A stretch of DNA of 64,000 bases, taken from Actinomycetes bacterium (lineage in GTDB: Bacteria; Actinomycetota; Acidimicrobiia; Acidimicrobiales; RAAP-2). How positions within the stretch are numbered: the first letter of the stretch is position 1; each line of letters opens with the position of its first letter. A model generated the notes under the pieces. The model was not told the origin of the DNA and made no database searches. It was given only the letters and a program-made list of their open reading frames with translations. This document shows positions 52,853-62,380 of this stretch, in pieces. A program made the translations under genes and the position numbers. The DNA is taken from contig JAJZDI010000007.1 in the NCBI GenBank assembly GCA_021806045.1, forward strand, positions 42,803 through 106,802. Direction: 5' to 3'.

Positions 52853-53166
52853 CTCGACGGCCGGCCCGTGCGCGGCCTGGTCGCCCCTGCCGGTGCATCT
52901 GGGCCGGTCGGCTCGGACGTCGGGTGTTTCGCTCGAGCGGCACGACCGGTCTTCACCGGCGGATCGTCGGTCGGCACCTTCGTGGCCACCGACTTCCGAG
53001 CAGCCGACGGGGTCGCCGCATCCGCCGCGGCCAGGGTGGTGGCCGGTTCCGTTGCCTGCTCGGCACCGGTCGGGGACGCCGGCTGCTCCGCCCTATTTGC
53101 ACGCTGGCGAGCAGCCGCCTGCCGGTTCTTCGCCTGCTTCTTCTTGCAATCGTTAGCCGTCGCCAT
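52853..53166 (-). other. Lys/Ala/Pro-rich ORF start (MATANDCKKKQAKNRQAAARQRANR...) that runs out of frame into the wzy-like gene
   Basis: ATG at 53166 with GAGGGGA 7 nt upstream. The frame is +1/-1 relative to the wzy-like ORF, whose own frame is open but start-less for 80 codons over the same interval. Confidence 0.4.
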
Positions 53167-53495
53167 CAGCCGGTCCCCTCGCGAAGCCCATGCAGAGCCG
53201 GCAACGCACGCGCATCAACCCCCGACATCCCTGTTCATGGCCAGCAGTTCTCCATCGTGTCGCCGACCAGACATCCGTCCGGGCCTCCGGTGCTGACATC
53301 GACTCCGGTCACCTCGCACTGATTCCCCACACGATCAGCCGGACCCCCGACGAGCCACCGGCTCGACAGCCCACTTGGGCCCCGTACCCCCGGTGGCCCG
53401 GCGGCGCACCGCTGAACGGGACGTGTGCCCTCCGGACGTCCCATTCCGGCGCCACCAGGGGCTCGCCGACGCCGTAGGCAGGCGGTGTGCGCGGG

Positions 53496-54470
53496 TCAGA
53501 GCAGGAAGAGATCCCGCTCCCACGCGAACCTCCCGATCGCGCCCGATGCGTAGGCGCCACTACGGACCCGTCCCAGCACGAGGGGCAGGCGGCGGATGAA
53601 CCGGTCGGGAAGCGCGAGCTGGAATCGGAGCAGATCCAGCTCACGGTCGATGCGCTGGCGGGTGGCCGGTGCGAGCAGTGGGTCGGCCGCCTGGTCCGCA
53701 CGTTCCAGGAGCGCCTGCCGCAGGTGGAACTGATGTGCCAGCGTCTCCTGGCGCAGCCCCCGGTCGCGCAGGTGGCGGGCGAGGGCCGGCAAGGCGGCGG
53801 TCGGATGCAGGCCGATGGCGTTGGAGGCGTGCAACCGGTAGAAGATCAAGGGCTCGTCGATCGGCTTCACCCGAGCCTTCGACGCGATCGCCGCCGAGAT
53901 CCAGTAGTCGTGGGTGATCGGCGGCGCCGGTCGGAGGAAGGTGAGCAAGGACGAGCGGAAGGTCACCGTGGCCCCCGTCACCACCGGGCGCCTCAGCAGC
54001 ACATCGAGCTCGTGTCCCGAACGGAACTGCGCCAGCACGTCCTCGGTGAGGCCGGCGAGCTCCCACAGCGTCTGCCCCGTCGAGGCGCCTCGCTCGTCGA
54101 TGCAGCGCCCGTTGCTGAACGTCGCGCCAACGTGCGGATCGTCGTCGAGAACGTCGATCGCTCGCTGCAGCCGGGACGGGTGCCAAACATCGTCCTGATC
54201 GCAGAGTGCGATGAGGTCGCCCCGGGCGTCGCCGATGGCGGCCCAGAAGTTCGCCGGGATGCCCAGTCTCTGCTGATTGACGGAGATCCGCACCGGCACC
54301 GCTGATCGATGGGCGAAGTCGTCGAGGACCTCCCGGGTGGCATCGTGGGATGCGTCGTCACGAACCACGATTTCGTCCGGCGGGCAGGTCTGGCCGGCGA
54401 GACTGTCGAGCTGGGTCGCCAAGAAGTCGGCTCCGTCGAACGTGCAGAGGACCACGGAGACCGAGCTCAC
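53496..54470 (-). CDS. GT2-family glycosyltransferase (paralog of 41946-43001)
   Basis: VSVVLCTFDG, VVRDDASHDAT and ALCDQDDVW. It is colinear with the other copy over the full length (roughly 55-60% identical by eye). The GTG start is at 54470. Confidence 0.8.
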   Translation of the reverse strand: MSSVSVVLCTFDGADFLATQLDSLAGQTCPPDEIVVRDDASHDATREVLDDFAHRSAVPVRISVNQQRLGIPANFWAAIGDARGDLIALCDQDDVWHPSRLQRAIDVLDDDPHVGATFSNGRCIDERGASTGQTLWELAGLTEDVLAQFRSGHELDVLLRRPVVTGATVTFRSSLLTFLRPAPPITHDYWISAAIASKARVKPIDEPLIFYRLHASNAIGLHPTAALPALARHLRDRGLRQETLAHQFHLRQALLERADQAADPLLAPATRQRIDRELDLLRFQLALPDRFIRRLPLVLGRVRSGAYASGAIGRFAWERDLFLL

Positions 54471-54994
54471 ACCGGTTCCATCCGTTCCGGGTGGTGCGAC
54501 ATCCCTGAGCCGGTCACGACCGCAGGTGCCGTGCCCTCGTCGCCCCCGTGCACACCGGCCGTCACCGGTAGGCGCAGCCGGCAGCCGACACGACGACGAG
54601 AGAGGAGACGCCGACCCCATCCGCGGGGCGCATGCGCATGCTCGGTCCCGCAGCCGACGACGACCTGGCCTTCTGCCCGGCACGGCGTGCGACACCGGCG
54701 CCCGGACGGCGGGATCCGTCACGTCCCCGCATGGGTTCGCGACTACCTCCCACGGCCTCGTGGGTGCCGCCGACCCGGGGGCCGAACACCGAACAGCCGG
54801 CCTGCCGCACAACGGTCGTGGCAACGACGGCCGGACACTGGCACAGAGATCCTCTCGGTCGTTTGGGCGATCATACTGCCGGCGAGAGCTCGGTCGCTTC
54901 TCGCTGGGCAGCGCATCGCCCGCACGCGGGCTCCCCGGTTGGCCCGCGCGTCGCCCGCGCCCCCTGCATCTGCGACAGGAGCAGTCCGTCGCCG

Positions 54995-55933
54995 TCAGGT
55001 TCCGGCGCGGCGAGCCGAGCCCCGCGCTCCGACCGGGCCCGTGACCATCGCCCGCCACGCCGACAGCGCGCGTGACGGCCGGCGGGCGCTCAGCGTGGCC
55101 GCCCGCACCGCGGCGGCACCGACCGCCATCACCCACTGGCTGGCTCTGAACCACGTCGCCGCGAACGTCATCGTCCCCCGCCACCATTCGATCTCCCGGT
55201 CCCACGACGACGTGCTCGAGCCCCCGGCATGGTGCACGGCCCACGGAACCGGCAGGGCCACCAGGCGCCATCCGGCCTCGGTCCAGCGTTTTGACAGGTC
55301 CGTGTCCTCCCCGTAGAGGAAGAAGCGCTGGTCGAACCCGCCGACCTCGTCAAAGGCCGCCCGCCGAACCAGGAGCGCAGTGGCTCCGAGCGCGGCGGTG
55401 TCCGCCGGACCGTCCGGCACCCGCTCGACGTGGTCGGCGACACCGGGGAAACGCAGGGCCATCGACCGCACGGGGCGCCACCTGAGCAGGCTCCGCAGGC
55501 GGAGTGCCCGGCCCCAGAGATGGACCGGACCCAGCAGGATCCCCTGGCTCCGCTCGGGCAGCCCGGTCGCCTCGTCGATGATCACGCCCTGGCAGGCAGC
55601 GATCCGTGGCTGGGCGTCGAGCAGCGCCATGCCCTCCTCGACCGCGCCAGGCACCAGCGCCGCGTCGGGGTTCATCAGGAGCACGTAGGCGGCACCGGTC
55701 AGCGCCATACCCCGGTTGTGCCCGGCACCGAAGCCCGGGTTGGACGGGTCGCGGACCACGACGGCACCCATCGACGACGCCACCTCATCGGAGCCGTCGT
55801 CCCCGTGGTCGACCACCACCACCGTTCCCATCCCCCGGACCGCCCGCAACGAGGCGAGGCAGCGACCCACGTCGTCACGGCTGGCGTAGGTCACGACCAC
55901 GGCATCCACCAGAGGATAGGGCTCCCCGGTCAC
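54995..55933 (-). CDS. GT2-family glycosyltransferase (WbbL/rhamnosyltransferase-like)
   Basis: DAVVVTYASRDD, VVVDHGDDGSD, GFGAGHN, and FFLYGEDTDL (the ED motif). Confidence 0.8.
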   Translation of the reverse strand: MTGEPYPLVDAVVVTYASRDDVGRCLASLRAVRGMGTVVVVDHGDDGSDEVASSMGAVVVRDPSNPGFGAGHNRGMALTGAAYVLLMNPDAALVPGAVEEGMALLDAQPRIAACQGVIIDEATGLPERSQGILLGPVHLWGRALRLRSLLRWRPVRSMALRFPGVADHVERVPDGPADTAALGATALLVRRAAFDEVGGFDQRFFLYGEDTDLSKRWTEAGWRLVALPVPWAVHHAGGSSTSSWDREIEWWRGTMTFAATWFRASQWVMAVGAAAVRAATLSARRPSRALSAWRAMVTGPVGARGSARRAGT

Positions 55934-57111
55934 GGGCTCCCACCGGCCAGGTCCGGCGGACCAGGTGAGCTCGTTCCGACATCCGGCGGACCGGACGACC
56001 GGGCCCCGAGCTCGGGTGGATCGAACAGGGCGCGGACCCGTACGGCCATGTGCTCGTGCGTGTACCGGAGACGGACCTCGTCCTGCGCTTGGCAGCCCAG
56101 ATCCCGCGCGCCGGCGGGGTCATCGAGCAGCGCGACGATCTGGCGGGCGAACGGGCGGCCTACCTCCGCGACCCGGACCGGCAATCCGGGAGCGAAGCCG
56201 GCGGCAGCGGCCGGGGAGATCACCTGCGGCCGGCCGGCGGCAGCGGCTTCGAGCACCTTGATCTGCATACCGGTGGCGAAGGGCAGGGGAGCTATGGAGA
56301 GGGTGGCGCGGACGACCAGGCGGCCGAACCCTGCGAAGTCGGGCACCAGCTCCGCCCCCATCGCCCGCACCAGGTCGCGCACCTCCCGTGTCGGTCGCCG
56401 GCCCGCCACACACAGGGACGACCCCGGTCGGAGCCGCAACACTTCCGGCCAGATGGAGGTGGCCAGTTCCCGGATCGCGGCGACGTTCGGGCCGTAGTCG
56501 AGGGTGCCGGTGAACAACACGTCGACCGGGGACTCCCCCTCGACCAGACGTGGAAGCTCCCGGCCGACACGAGCAACCGGCAGGGTGATGGGGAACCAGG
56601 CTGCCCCGAGCACGCCGGCATCGCGGTAGCCGGCTGCGACGGTCGACACGCCGACGGCTCTCGCCGCCGATTCGGCCCGGGCCATCGTCCGCGCCAGCAC
56701 ATGCCAGCCGGCCCGGTACAGGCGGCGTTGCTCGATGAAGGCCCGCTGGCCGTAGCTCTCGCTCAACCGGTCGACGTAGTCGAGCACCACCGGCACGCCT
56801 CCGGGGAGGGTGGTGGGGTCGAATGCCCGGAGCGAGATCACCACCACGCCGTCGGGCGCGATCACGTCGAGACGGCGGCGCAGTGCGGGACCGGACCACG
56901 CCAACGACTCCAGTGAGACGGCACCGGTGAGCGCGGCACCGGCGCGCCCGAGACCGCGGGGGAGGAGTCGTTGGCCGTCGGGAACCAGGGGCACGGCGAC
57001 CACCTCGACACCCGAGAGGGCGAGCACGTCCTGCCACCATTCCAGGCGCGTCGTCGCTCCCCCACCGCGCGTGACGGCGTGGACGACCGCGACCCGTTGC
57101 ATGGTGGCCAT
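55930..57111 (-). CDS. GT4-like (GT-B) glycosyltransferase
   Basis: The C-terminal half reads VLFTGTLDYGPN...GMQIKVLEAAAAGRPQVISP. It has a 4-nt overlap with the downstream GT2. Confidence 0.7.
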   Translation of the reverse strand: MATMQRVAVVHAVTRGGGATTRLEWWQDVLALSGVEVVAVPLVPDGQRLLPRGLGRAGAALTGAVSLESLAWSGPALRRRLDVIAPDGVVVISLRAFDPTTLPGGVPVVLDYVDRLSESYGQRAFIEQRRLYRAGWHVLARTMARAESAARAVGVSTVAAGYRDAGVLGAAWFPITLPVARVGRELPRLVEGESPVDVLFTGTLDYGPNVAAIRELATSIWPEVLRLRPGSSLCVAGRRPTREVRDLVRAMGAELVPDFAGFGRLVVRATLSIAPLPFATGMQIKVLEAAAAGRPQVISPAAAAGFAPGLPVRVAEVGRPFARQIVALLDDPAGARDLGCQAQDEVRLRYTHEHMAVRVRALFDPPELGARSSGPPDVGTSSPGPPDLAGGSP

Positions 57112-57342
57112 CCTCGCAGAGCAGTGTCACGACCGCCTCGAATCGCCCCGATGGGCACCGGGCTGAACGTCCCGAGAACGCGGTCCCGAACCCGGGATCG
57201 GCGGCCGGATCGGCGGCATGAGCCCCAGATCGCACCTCGCTGGTGCGGATGTGCAACCACCGGACCACCCAGACGCCGCCATCAGGCCCGCCATGCCGCC
57301 CCGCGACCACCGGAGGCCCCACGAGGAGGACGCCGCCGCCCC

Positions 57343-57371
57343 TCGACCTGCCCGGACGTCGGCCGTATAAT
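57343..57371 (+). promoter_or_regulatory. Candidate promoter TCGACC-17 nt-TATAAT for the priming sugar transferase
   Basis: A perfect TATAAT at 57366-57371 lies inside the only AT-rich patch (GTATAATTTTTCAGG) of this intergenic region. A -35-like TCGACC lies at 57343-57348. Confidence 0.45.
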
Positions 57372-57417
57372 TTTTCAGGCCGGAGGGGAAGCAGGAACGA
57401 GGGCGAGGGGGAAGGAC

Positions 57418-57513
57418 ATGACGACGCGGCCTACAGCCAGGTCGTCACGCGGCCCGGTGTCTCCCGTCCTCGGGCGTCCGGCGCCCAACGGGGTCCACGA
57501 GGTCAACCGATGA
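57418..57513 (+). CDS. Candidate 31-codon upstream ORF (MTTRPTARSSRGPVSPVLGRPAPNGVHEVNR) coupled to the sugar transferase
   Basis: The ATG is preceded by the purine tract GGAGGGGAAGCAGGAACGAGGGCGAGGGGGAAGGAC. Its TGA overlaps the transferase ATG (ATGA at 57510-57513). Confidence 0.3.
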   Translation: MTTRPTARSSRGPVSPVLGRPAPNGVHEVNR

Positions 57514-58841
57514 GGCGCCTCCGGCACCTGGGGGTCGCTCTCGCCCCGATCGTGGTGGTGCTGGTGCTCGCCGAGCTCCACGCCCACCTGATCGGCCATT
57601 ACCGCTTCACCGGGACCCCGCGGTTCGCATGGACGGCTGCCTACACCGTGCTGATCGAGCTGTCTGCCTACCTGGCGGGGATGTTCGATGACCAGCGGTC
57701 CGCGATGTCCGCCATCCGGTCCGCGCTCGGAGCGGCACTGGGCGGGGGCATCGCCATCTCCCTCTTCCAGCTGATCCTGGGCTCGCTGCTCTTGCCCCGG
57801 GCGGTGATCTTCGGCTCGGCACTGCTCCTGTTCGGCTTCGACCTCGCCGTGGGGCTCTCCGCAAACCGGGACCTCCGCGACGGGGGTGGCGACCGGGTGC
57901 TCGGGGTGCTCAGCCCCGACGAGGCCATGCCGCTTGAGGCCGACTTCGAGCGCGTTCTCGAACGGCCGGCCCACGTCGTGGGGGTGCTCGAACCGAGCGA
58001 GGTGGCGACCACCAGTGGGGCCGGCGCGGAGTCGCCCGGACTGCTCCTGCTCGACGCGGGCATCCGGATGCGGGCGACCGTGGTGGTGCTCGGCCGCAAA
58101 GCGCTCGCCGACGAGTCCATCGTCGCCCAGGCGGCCCTGCTGCACGGCCGAGGCGTGCGGGTGCGGACCCTCGGCCTCTTCTACGACGAATGGTTCGGAA
58201 AGCTGCCCATTGCCGACCTCGAGCGGGTGTCGCTCATGTTCGACATCCAGGAGCTCCACGCTCTCGGCTACGCCCGGCTGAAGCGGATCGTCGACTTGAC
58301 GGCCGCCTCGGTCGGGTTGGTGGTCCTGGCGGTGGTCGCCCCGCTGGTGTGGGTCCTCGACCAGTTCGGCAATCGGGGGCCGCTGTTCTTCCGCCAGACC
58401 CGGGTGGGCAAGGGAGGGGAACCGTTCTCCATCGTGAAGTTCCGCACCATGCCGCCCACGACGGAGCCCACCGAGTGGACCCGGGAGTCGGACCCCCGCA
58501 TCGGCGTGCTCGGAAAGTGGATGCGCAGGTTCCACATCGACGAGCTCCCGCAGTCGATCAACGTCCTGAAGGGTGAGTTGTCGTTGGTGGGTCCCCGGCC
58601 CGAGCAGCCGCGCTACGTCGAGGAGCTGCTCCAGAAGATCCCCTTCTACGACGTCCGTCACCTGGTGTTGCCGGGGATCACCGGTTGGGCTCAGGTCAAG
58701 TTCCCCTACGGTGCCAGCGTGGAGGACGCCTTGGAGAAGCTCCAGTACGAGTTCTTCTACCTCCGCCACCAGGGTCCGATGCTCGATGCCCGCATCCTCG
58801 CCCGCACCGTCCGCACGGTGCTGCGGGCCGGGGGGAGATGA
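57510..58841 (+). CDS. Undecaprenyl-phosphate sugar-1-phosphate transferase (WbaP/EpsB-type bacterial sugar transferase)
   Basis: Four N-terminal TM helices. The C-terminal catalytic domain has KRIVDL, GPLFFRQTRVG, FRTM, DELPQ and LVGPRPE. Confidence 0.9.
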   Translation: MRRLRHLGVALAPIVVVLVLAELHAHLIGHYRFTGTPRFAWTAAYTVLIELSAYLAGMFDDQRSAMSAIRSALGAALGGGIAISLFQLILGSLLLPRAVIFGSALLLFGFDLAVGLSANRDLRDGGGDRVLGVLSPDEAMPLEADFERVLERPAHVVGVLEPSEVATTSGAGAESPGLLLLDAGIRMRATVVVLGRKALADESIVAQAALLHGRGVRVRTLGLFYDEWFGKLPIADLERVSLMFDIQELHALGYARLKRIVDLTAASVGLVVLAVVAPLVWVLDQFGNRGPLFFRQTRVGKGGEPFSIVKFRTMPPTTEPTEWTRESDPRIGVLGKWMRRFHIDELPQSINVLKGELSLVGPRPEQPRYVEELLQKIPFYDVRHLVLPGITGWAQVKFPYGASVEDALEKLQYEFFYLRHQGPMLDARILARTVRTVLRAGGR

Positions 58842-59018
58842 GCGCGGCCCGGCCATGCCTCCCGGAGCCGCGCCGTGGCAGAGGCCCGGGCGGCAAGGCC
58901 TAGGACGCTGCCGGAGTAGGGCGCCTCAGACTGGGGATCGGTCGGGCACTTCGCTCCGGCCGTGGCGTCGCCGCTGCCGAGCTCGCTGCGGTCGTGACGA
59001 GGATCGGTCACCGGTCAT

Positions 59019-59048
59019 GCACGTGGGGCGCTATCGCCCCCCACGTGC
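59019..59048. repeat. Perfect 10-bp-stem hairpin GCACGTGGGG-N10-CCCCACGTGC
   Basis: The arms are exact reverse complements. The hairpin lies 40 nt beyond the stop of the transposase remnant, so it could be a terminator or an IS-end structure. Confidence 0.6.
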
Positions 59049-59086
59049 GGCCATCAGGTCTCCTGGGCGTTGCGGTGATCGCCTGG

Positions 59087-59780
59087 TCAGGCGCTCGTGA
59101 GGTTCCAGGCGCCCAGGTGGCGGTCGAGACCGAGCGCGGCCAGCCGGGCCCAGTTGAGGGCGCCGGCGCGGGTGTCGAGGTCAGTGGCGATCCGTTCCTT
59201 GCCCCGGGTCCGGGCATGGCGTCCGCCCCAGCTCTGCCTGACGAAGTGGGAGATCTTGCCCTCGACGACGGGCCGGTTGGCCCGGTAGCGCTCTTTCCAG
59301 CCGGGGTCTTGCTGGTCGGCCCGGGCCTGGGCCAGGAGGCCCTCGTGGGGGTGGACCGAGATGCTGCGTCCGGCCCTCGACTTGGTGCAGGCCTGGCGCA
59401 TCGGACAGGTTCGGCAGTGGATCTTGAACGAGGCCGTCCCACGTTTGTCGCGTGTCGCGTTGATGGTCACGGCCTGTCCGGCCGGGCACGTCACGGTGTT
59501 GTGCCCGGTGTCGACCCGGAACTGGTCCTTGGTGAACAGTCCGGTCGAGTTGCGCACCGGCGGGACCGGCGGGACCTTGGCCGTGACGGTGAAGCCCCGT
59601 GCTCCAAGGGCGTGGCGGGTGGCACCGTCCGCGTGGGCGGAGTCGCCGAACACCTCGGGCTCGTCTTGTGCGTCGGCCAACGAGGCCACCAGGTCATCTC
59701 TGGAGGAGCGCAGCACGTCAAGGGGGGCTACAGGCCGGTTCGGCTTGTCTCCGGTGACGGTGCCGGGTGCATGACCGCAT
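59087..59780 (-). mobile_element. 3' remnant of an IS1182-family DDE transposase gene
   Basis: ...EVFGDSAHADG...TVTCPAGQAV...CRTCPMRQACTKSRAGRSISVHPHEGLL...WKERYRANRPVVEGKISHF...GGRHARTRG...NWARL matches the C-terminal half of IS1182-type transposases. The N-terminal ~300 aa are absent. Confidence 0.7.
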
Positions 59781-60030
59781 CATGGGCGCGCTGACAGAGC
59801 TGTCCGACCAGGTCGGAGCTCGAGGGGGCAGGCAAGGCCGGCCGGAGGCCGCCCGCAGGGGCAGCCTTGGCGGCACGGTCAGTGACGCCTCACATCATGA
59901 TGTCCGAAGCCGGGCCGCAACCAGGTGGACTCGATCAGATGCGCGGTCTCGCCGCAGAGCGGGGACCATGACCTCGAACGAGCTCGCACCGGGTCGCGTC
60001 CGGTCCGTCCGCTGGATCCGGGGTGACCGA

Positions 60031-62301
60031 TCAGTCGGGGGCGACCGACAGGTCGTCGAGGTGGGACGGGAGGCGGTCCCGCCACGCGGCTGTGGCCTCG
60101 GCCACCGTCACGTCGACCAGTCCCTCCACCACGATGCGTTCGCCGCCGGCCCGGCCCAGCACGCGGGCCTCGATGCCGGCCGCCCCGGCCAGGGCGGCCA
60201 CCTCGTCGGGGTGCGCCGTGCAGGCCACCACCACCGAGGGGTTCTCGCCGAACAGCTCGGCGTGGCCGGCGACCCCCGACACCTGGAGACCGACCCCCGA
60301 GCGCACGGCCATCTCGGCCAGTGCCACCCCGAGGCCGCCGCCCGAGACGTCGTGGACCCCCGACAGGAGCGGTTCCCCACCGCCCACCCCCCGGGCCACC
60401 AGGTCGCCGACCAGCTCGACCATCCGCCGGTGGCCGTCGAGGTCGACCGGCGTGGGGGTGCCGTCACGGTGGTCGTGGAGCTCGACGGCCCAGCGCGACG
60501 CGGCCAGCGACGGGGCCGGTGCCCCCGGGACGGTGAGGACAATGACGGTGCCGCCCTCCGCCAGCCCGACGCCGGGAGGCCGGCGCTCGAGGACGTCCAC
60601 CAGCCCCAGCATCCCCACCACCGGGGTGGGGTCGATGTCGCGGCCGCCGCTCTCGTTGTAGAGGCTGACGTTGCCGCCGACCACCGGGATCCCGAGTGCC
60701 AGGCACGCCTCGGCCATGCCGTCGATCGCCTCCGAGAGCTGCCACATCACCTCGGGGTGCTCCGGGTTGCCGAAGTTGAGGCAGTTGACCACGGCAGCCG
60801 GGCGGGCGCCCACGCAGGCCACGTTGAGGGCGGCCTCGGCCACCACCGCGGCCGTCCCCCCGCGGGGGTCGAGGGCGCACCGGCGCGGGTCGGAGTCGGT
60901 GGCGAGGGCCAGGCCCCGCCGGCTGGGTGGCAGCCCGGGGCCGGCCAGGCGCAGCAGGGCGGCGTCGCCGCCGGGGCCCTCGACCGTGTTGCGGAAGAGC
61001 TGGTGGTCGTACTGGCGGTAGACCCACGACGGGTCGCACAGCAGGGCGAGCAGGTCGGCCCCGCAGTCGGGCGGGGCGGGCAGGCGGGCGGGGTCGTCGG
61101 CCAGCCGCCGGTCCAGGTCGGCCGGGCGGGCCAGGGGGCGCCGGTAGCGGGGGGCGTCGTCGGAGAGGGAGGCGGCGGGCACGTCGCCCACCACCGGGCC
61201 ACCCGCCGACTCCCGGACCACCAGGTGGCCGGGCTCCTCCCCGGTCGGGTCGGTGACCGTCCCCACCACCGCGGCCCGCACCTCCCACCGGCGGCACACG
61301 TCGAGGACGGCGTCGAGGTCGTCCGGACGCACGATGGCCAGCATCCGCTCCTGGCTCTCGGACGTCATCACCTCGGCCGGGACCATGCCGGGCTCCCGGC
61401 GGGGCACGGCGGAGACGTCGACGTCCATCCCCATGCCCCCGCGGGCCGCCGTCTCGCTGGTGGCGCACACCAGGCCGGCGCCACCCAGGTCCTGGATGCC
61501 GACCACCAGGCCGGCGTCGAGCAGGTCGAGGCACGCCTCGATCAGCCGCTTCTCCTCGTAGGGGTCGCCCACCTGGACGCTGGGCCGCTTGTCCTCGTCG
61601 GGCGCCCCGCCGCCGTCGAAGCCGGCCGAGGCCAGCACGCTGACCCCGCCGATCCCGTCCCGGCCGGTGGACGAGCCGAGGAGGACGGCCAGGTTGCCGC
61701 TGCCGGTGGCCCGGCCGAGCACCAGGCGCTCGACCGGCAGCACGCCCAGGCAGAGCACGTTGACCAGTGGGTTCTGGGCGTAGCACTCGTCGAAGGTGAG
61801 CTCGCCCCCCACGGTGGGCACACCCACCGAGTTGCCGTAGCCGCTGATGCCGGCGACCACGCCCTCGATCAGCCACCGCTGGCGTGCGTCGTCGGGTGGG
61901 CCGAAGAAGAGCGGGTCCATCACGGCGATGGGGCGGGCCCCCATGGTGAAGATGTCACGCAGGATCCCCCCCACCCCGGTGGCCGCCCCCTGGGTGGGCT
62001 CGATGGCGGAGGGGTGGTTGTGGCTCTCGATGCGGATGGCCACGGCGATGCCGTCGCCGGCGTCGATCACCCCGGCGTTCTCCCCCGGGCCGACGAGCAC
62101 GTGCGGCCCCTCGGTGGGCAGGCGGCCCAGGTGGATGCGGGACGACTTGTAGGAGCAGTGCTCGCTCCACATGACCGAGTAGAGGGAGGTCTCGAGGTCG
62201 TTGGGGGGCCGCCCCAGGATCTCCTCGATGCGGTCCCGTTCCTCGTCGGTGAGCCCCAGGGCGCGGTGCAGGGGCTCGTTGCTCTGGGTGGGATCGGGCA
62301 T
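60031..62301 (-). CDS. purL: Phosphoribosylformylglycinamidine synthase subunit PurL
   Basis: [26 protein letters not shown] and further FGAM-synthase II motifs. The ATG at 62301 was chosen because the upstream in-frame extension is low-complexity. Confidence 0.95.
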   Translation of the reverse strand: MPDPTQSNEPLHRALGLTDEERDRIEEILGRPPNDLETSLYSVMWSEHCSYKSSRIHLGRLPTEGPHVLVGPGENAGVIDAGDGIAVAIRIESHNHPSAIEPTQGAATGVGGILRDIFTMGARPIAVMDPLFFGPPDDARQRWLIEGVVAGISGYGNSVGVPTVGGELTFDECYAQNPLVNVLCLGVLPVERLVLGRATGSGNLAVLLGSSTGRDGIGGVSVLASAGFDGGGAPDEDKRPSVQVGDPYEEKRLIEACLDLLDAGLVVGIQDLGGAGLVCATSETAARGGMGMDVDVSAVPRREPGMVPAEVMTSESQERMLAIVRPDDLDAVLDVCRRWEVRAAVVGTVTDPTGEEPGHLVVRESAGGPVVGDVPAASLSDDAPRYRRPLARPADLDRRLADDPARLPAPPDCGADLLALLCDPSWVYRQYDHQLFRNTVEGPGGDAALLRLAGPGLPPSRRGLALATDSDPRRCALDPRGGTAAVVAEAALNVACVGARPAAVVNCLNFGNPEHPEVMWQLSEAIDGMAEACLALGIPVVGGNVSLYNESGGRDIDPTPVVGMLGLVDVLERRPPGVGLAEGGTVIVLTVPGAPAPSLAASRWAVELHDHRDGTPTPVDLDGHRRMVELVGDLVARGVGGGEPLLSGVHDVSGGGLGVALAEMAVRSGVGLQVSGVAGHAELFGENPSVVVACTAHPDEVAALAGAAGIEARVLGRAGGERIVVEGLVDVTVAEATAAWRDRLPSHLDDLSVAPD

Positions 62302-62380
62302 CGTCCGCAGCGTACCCGGCGCACCGACCCGGGCCCGGCGGCAACTGCACCACCTGCCGCACCTGCCATCGCCCCGTGCG

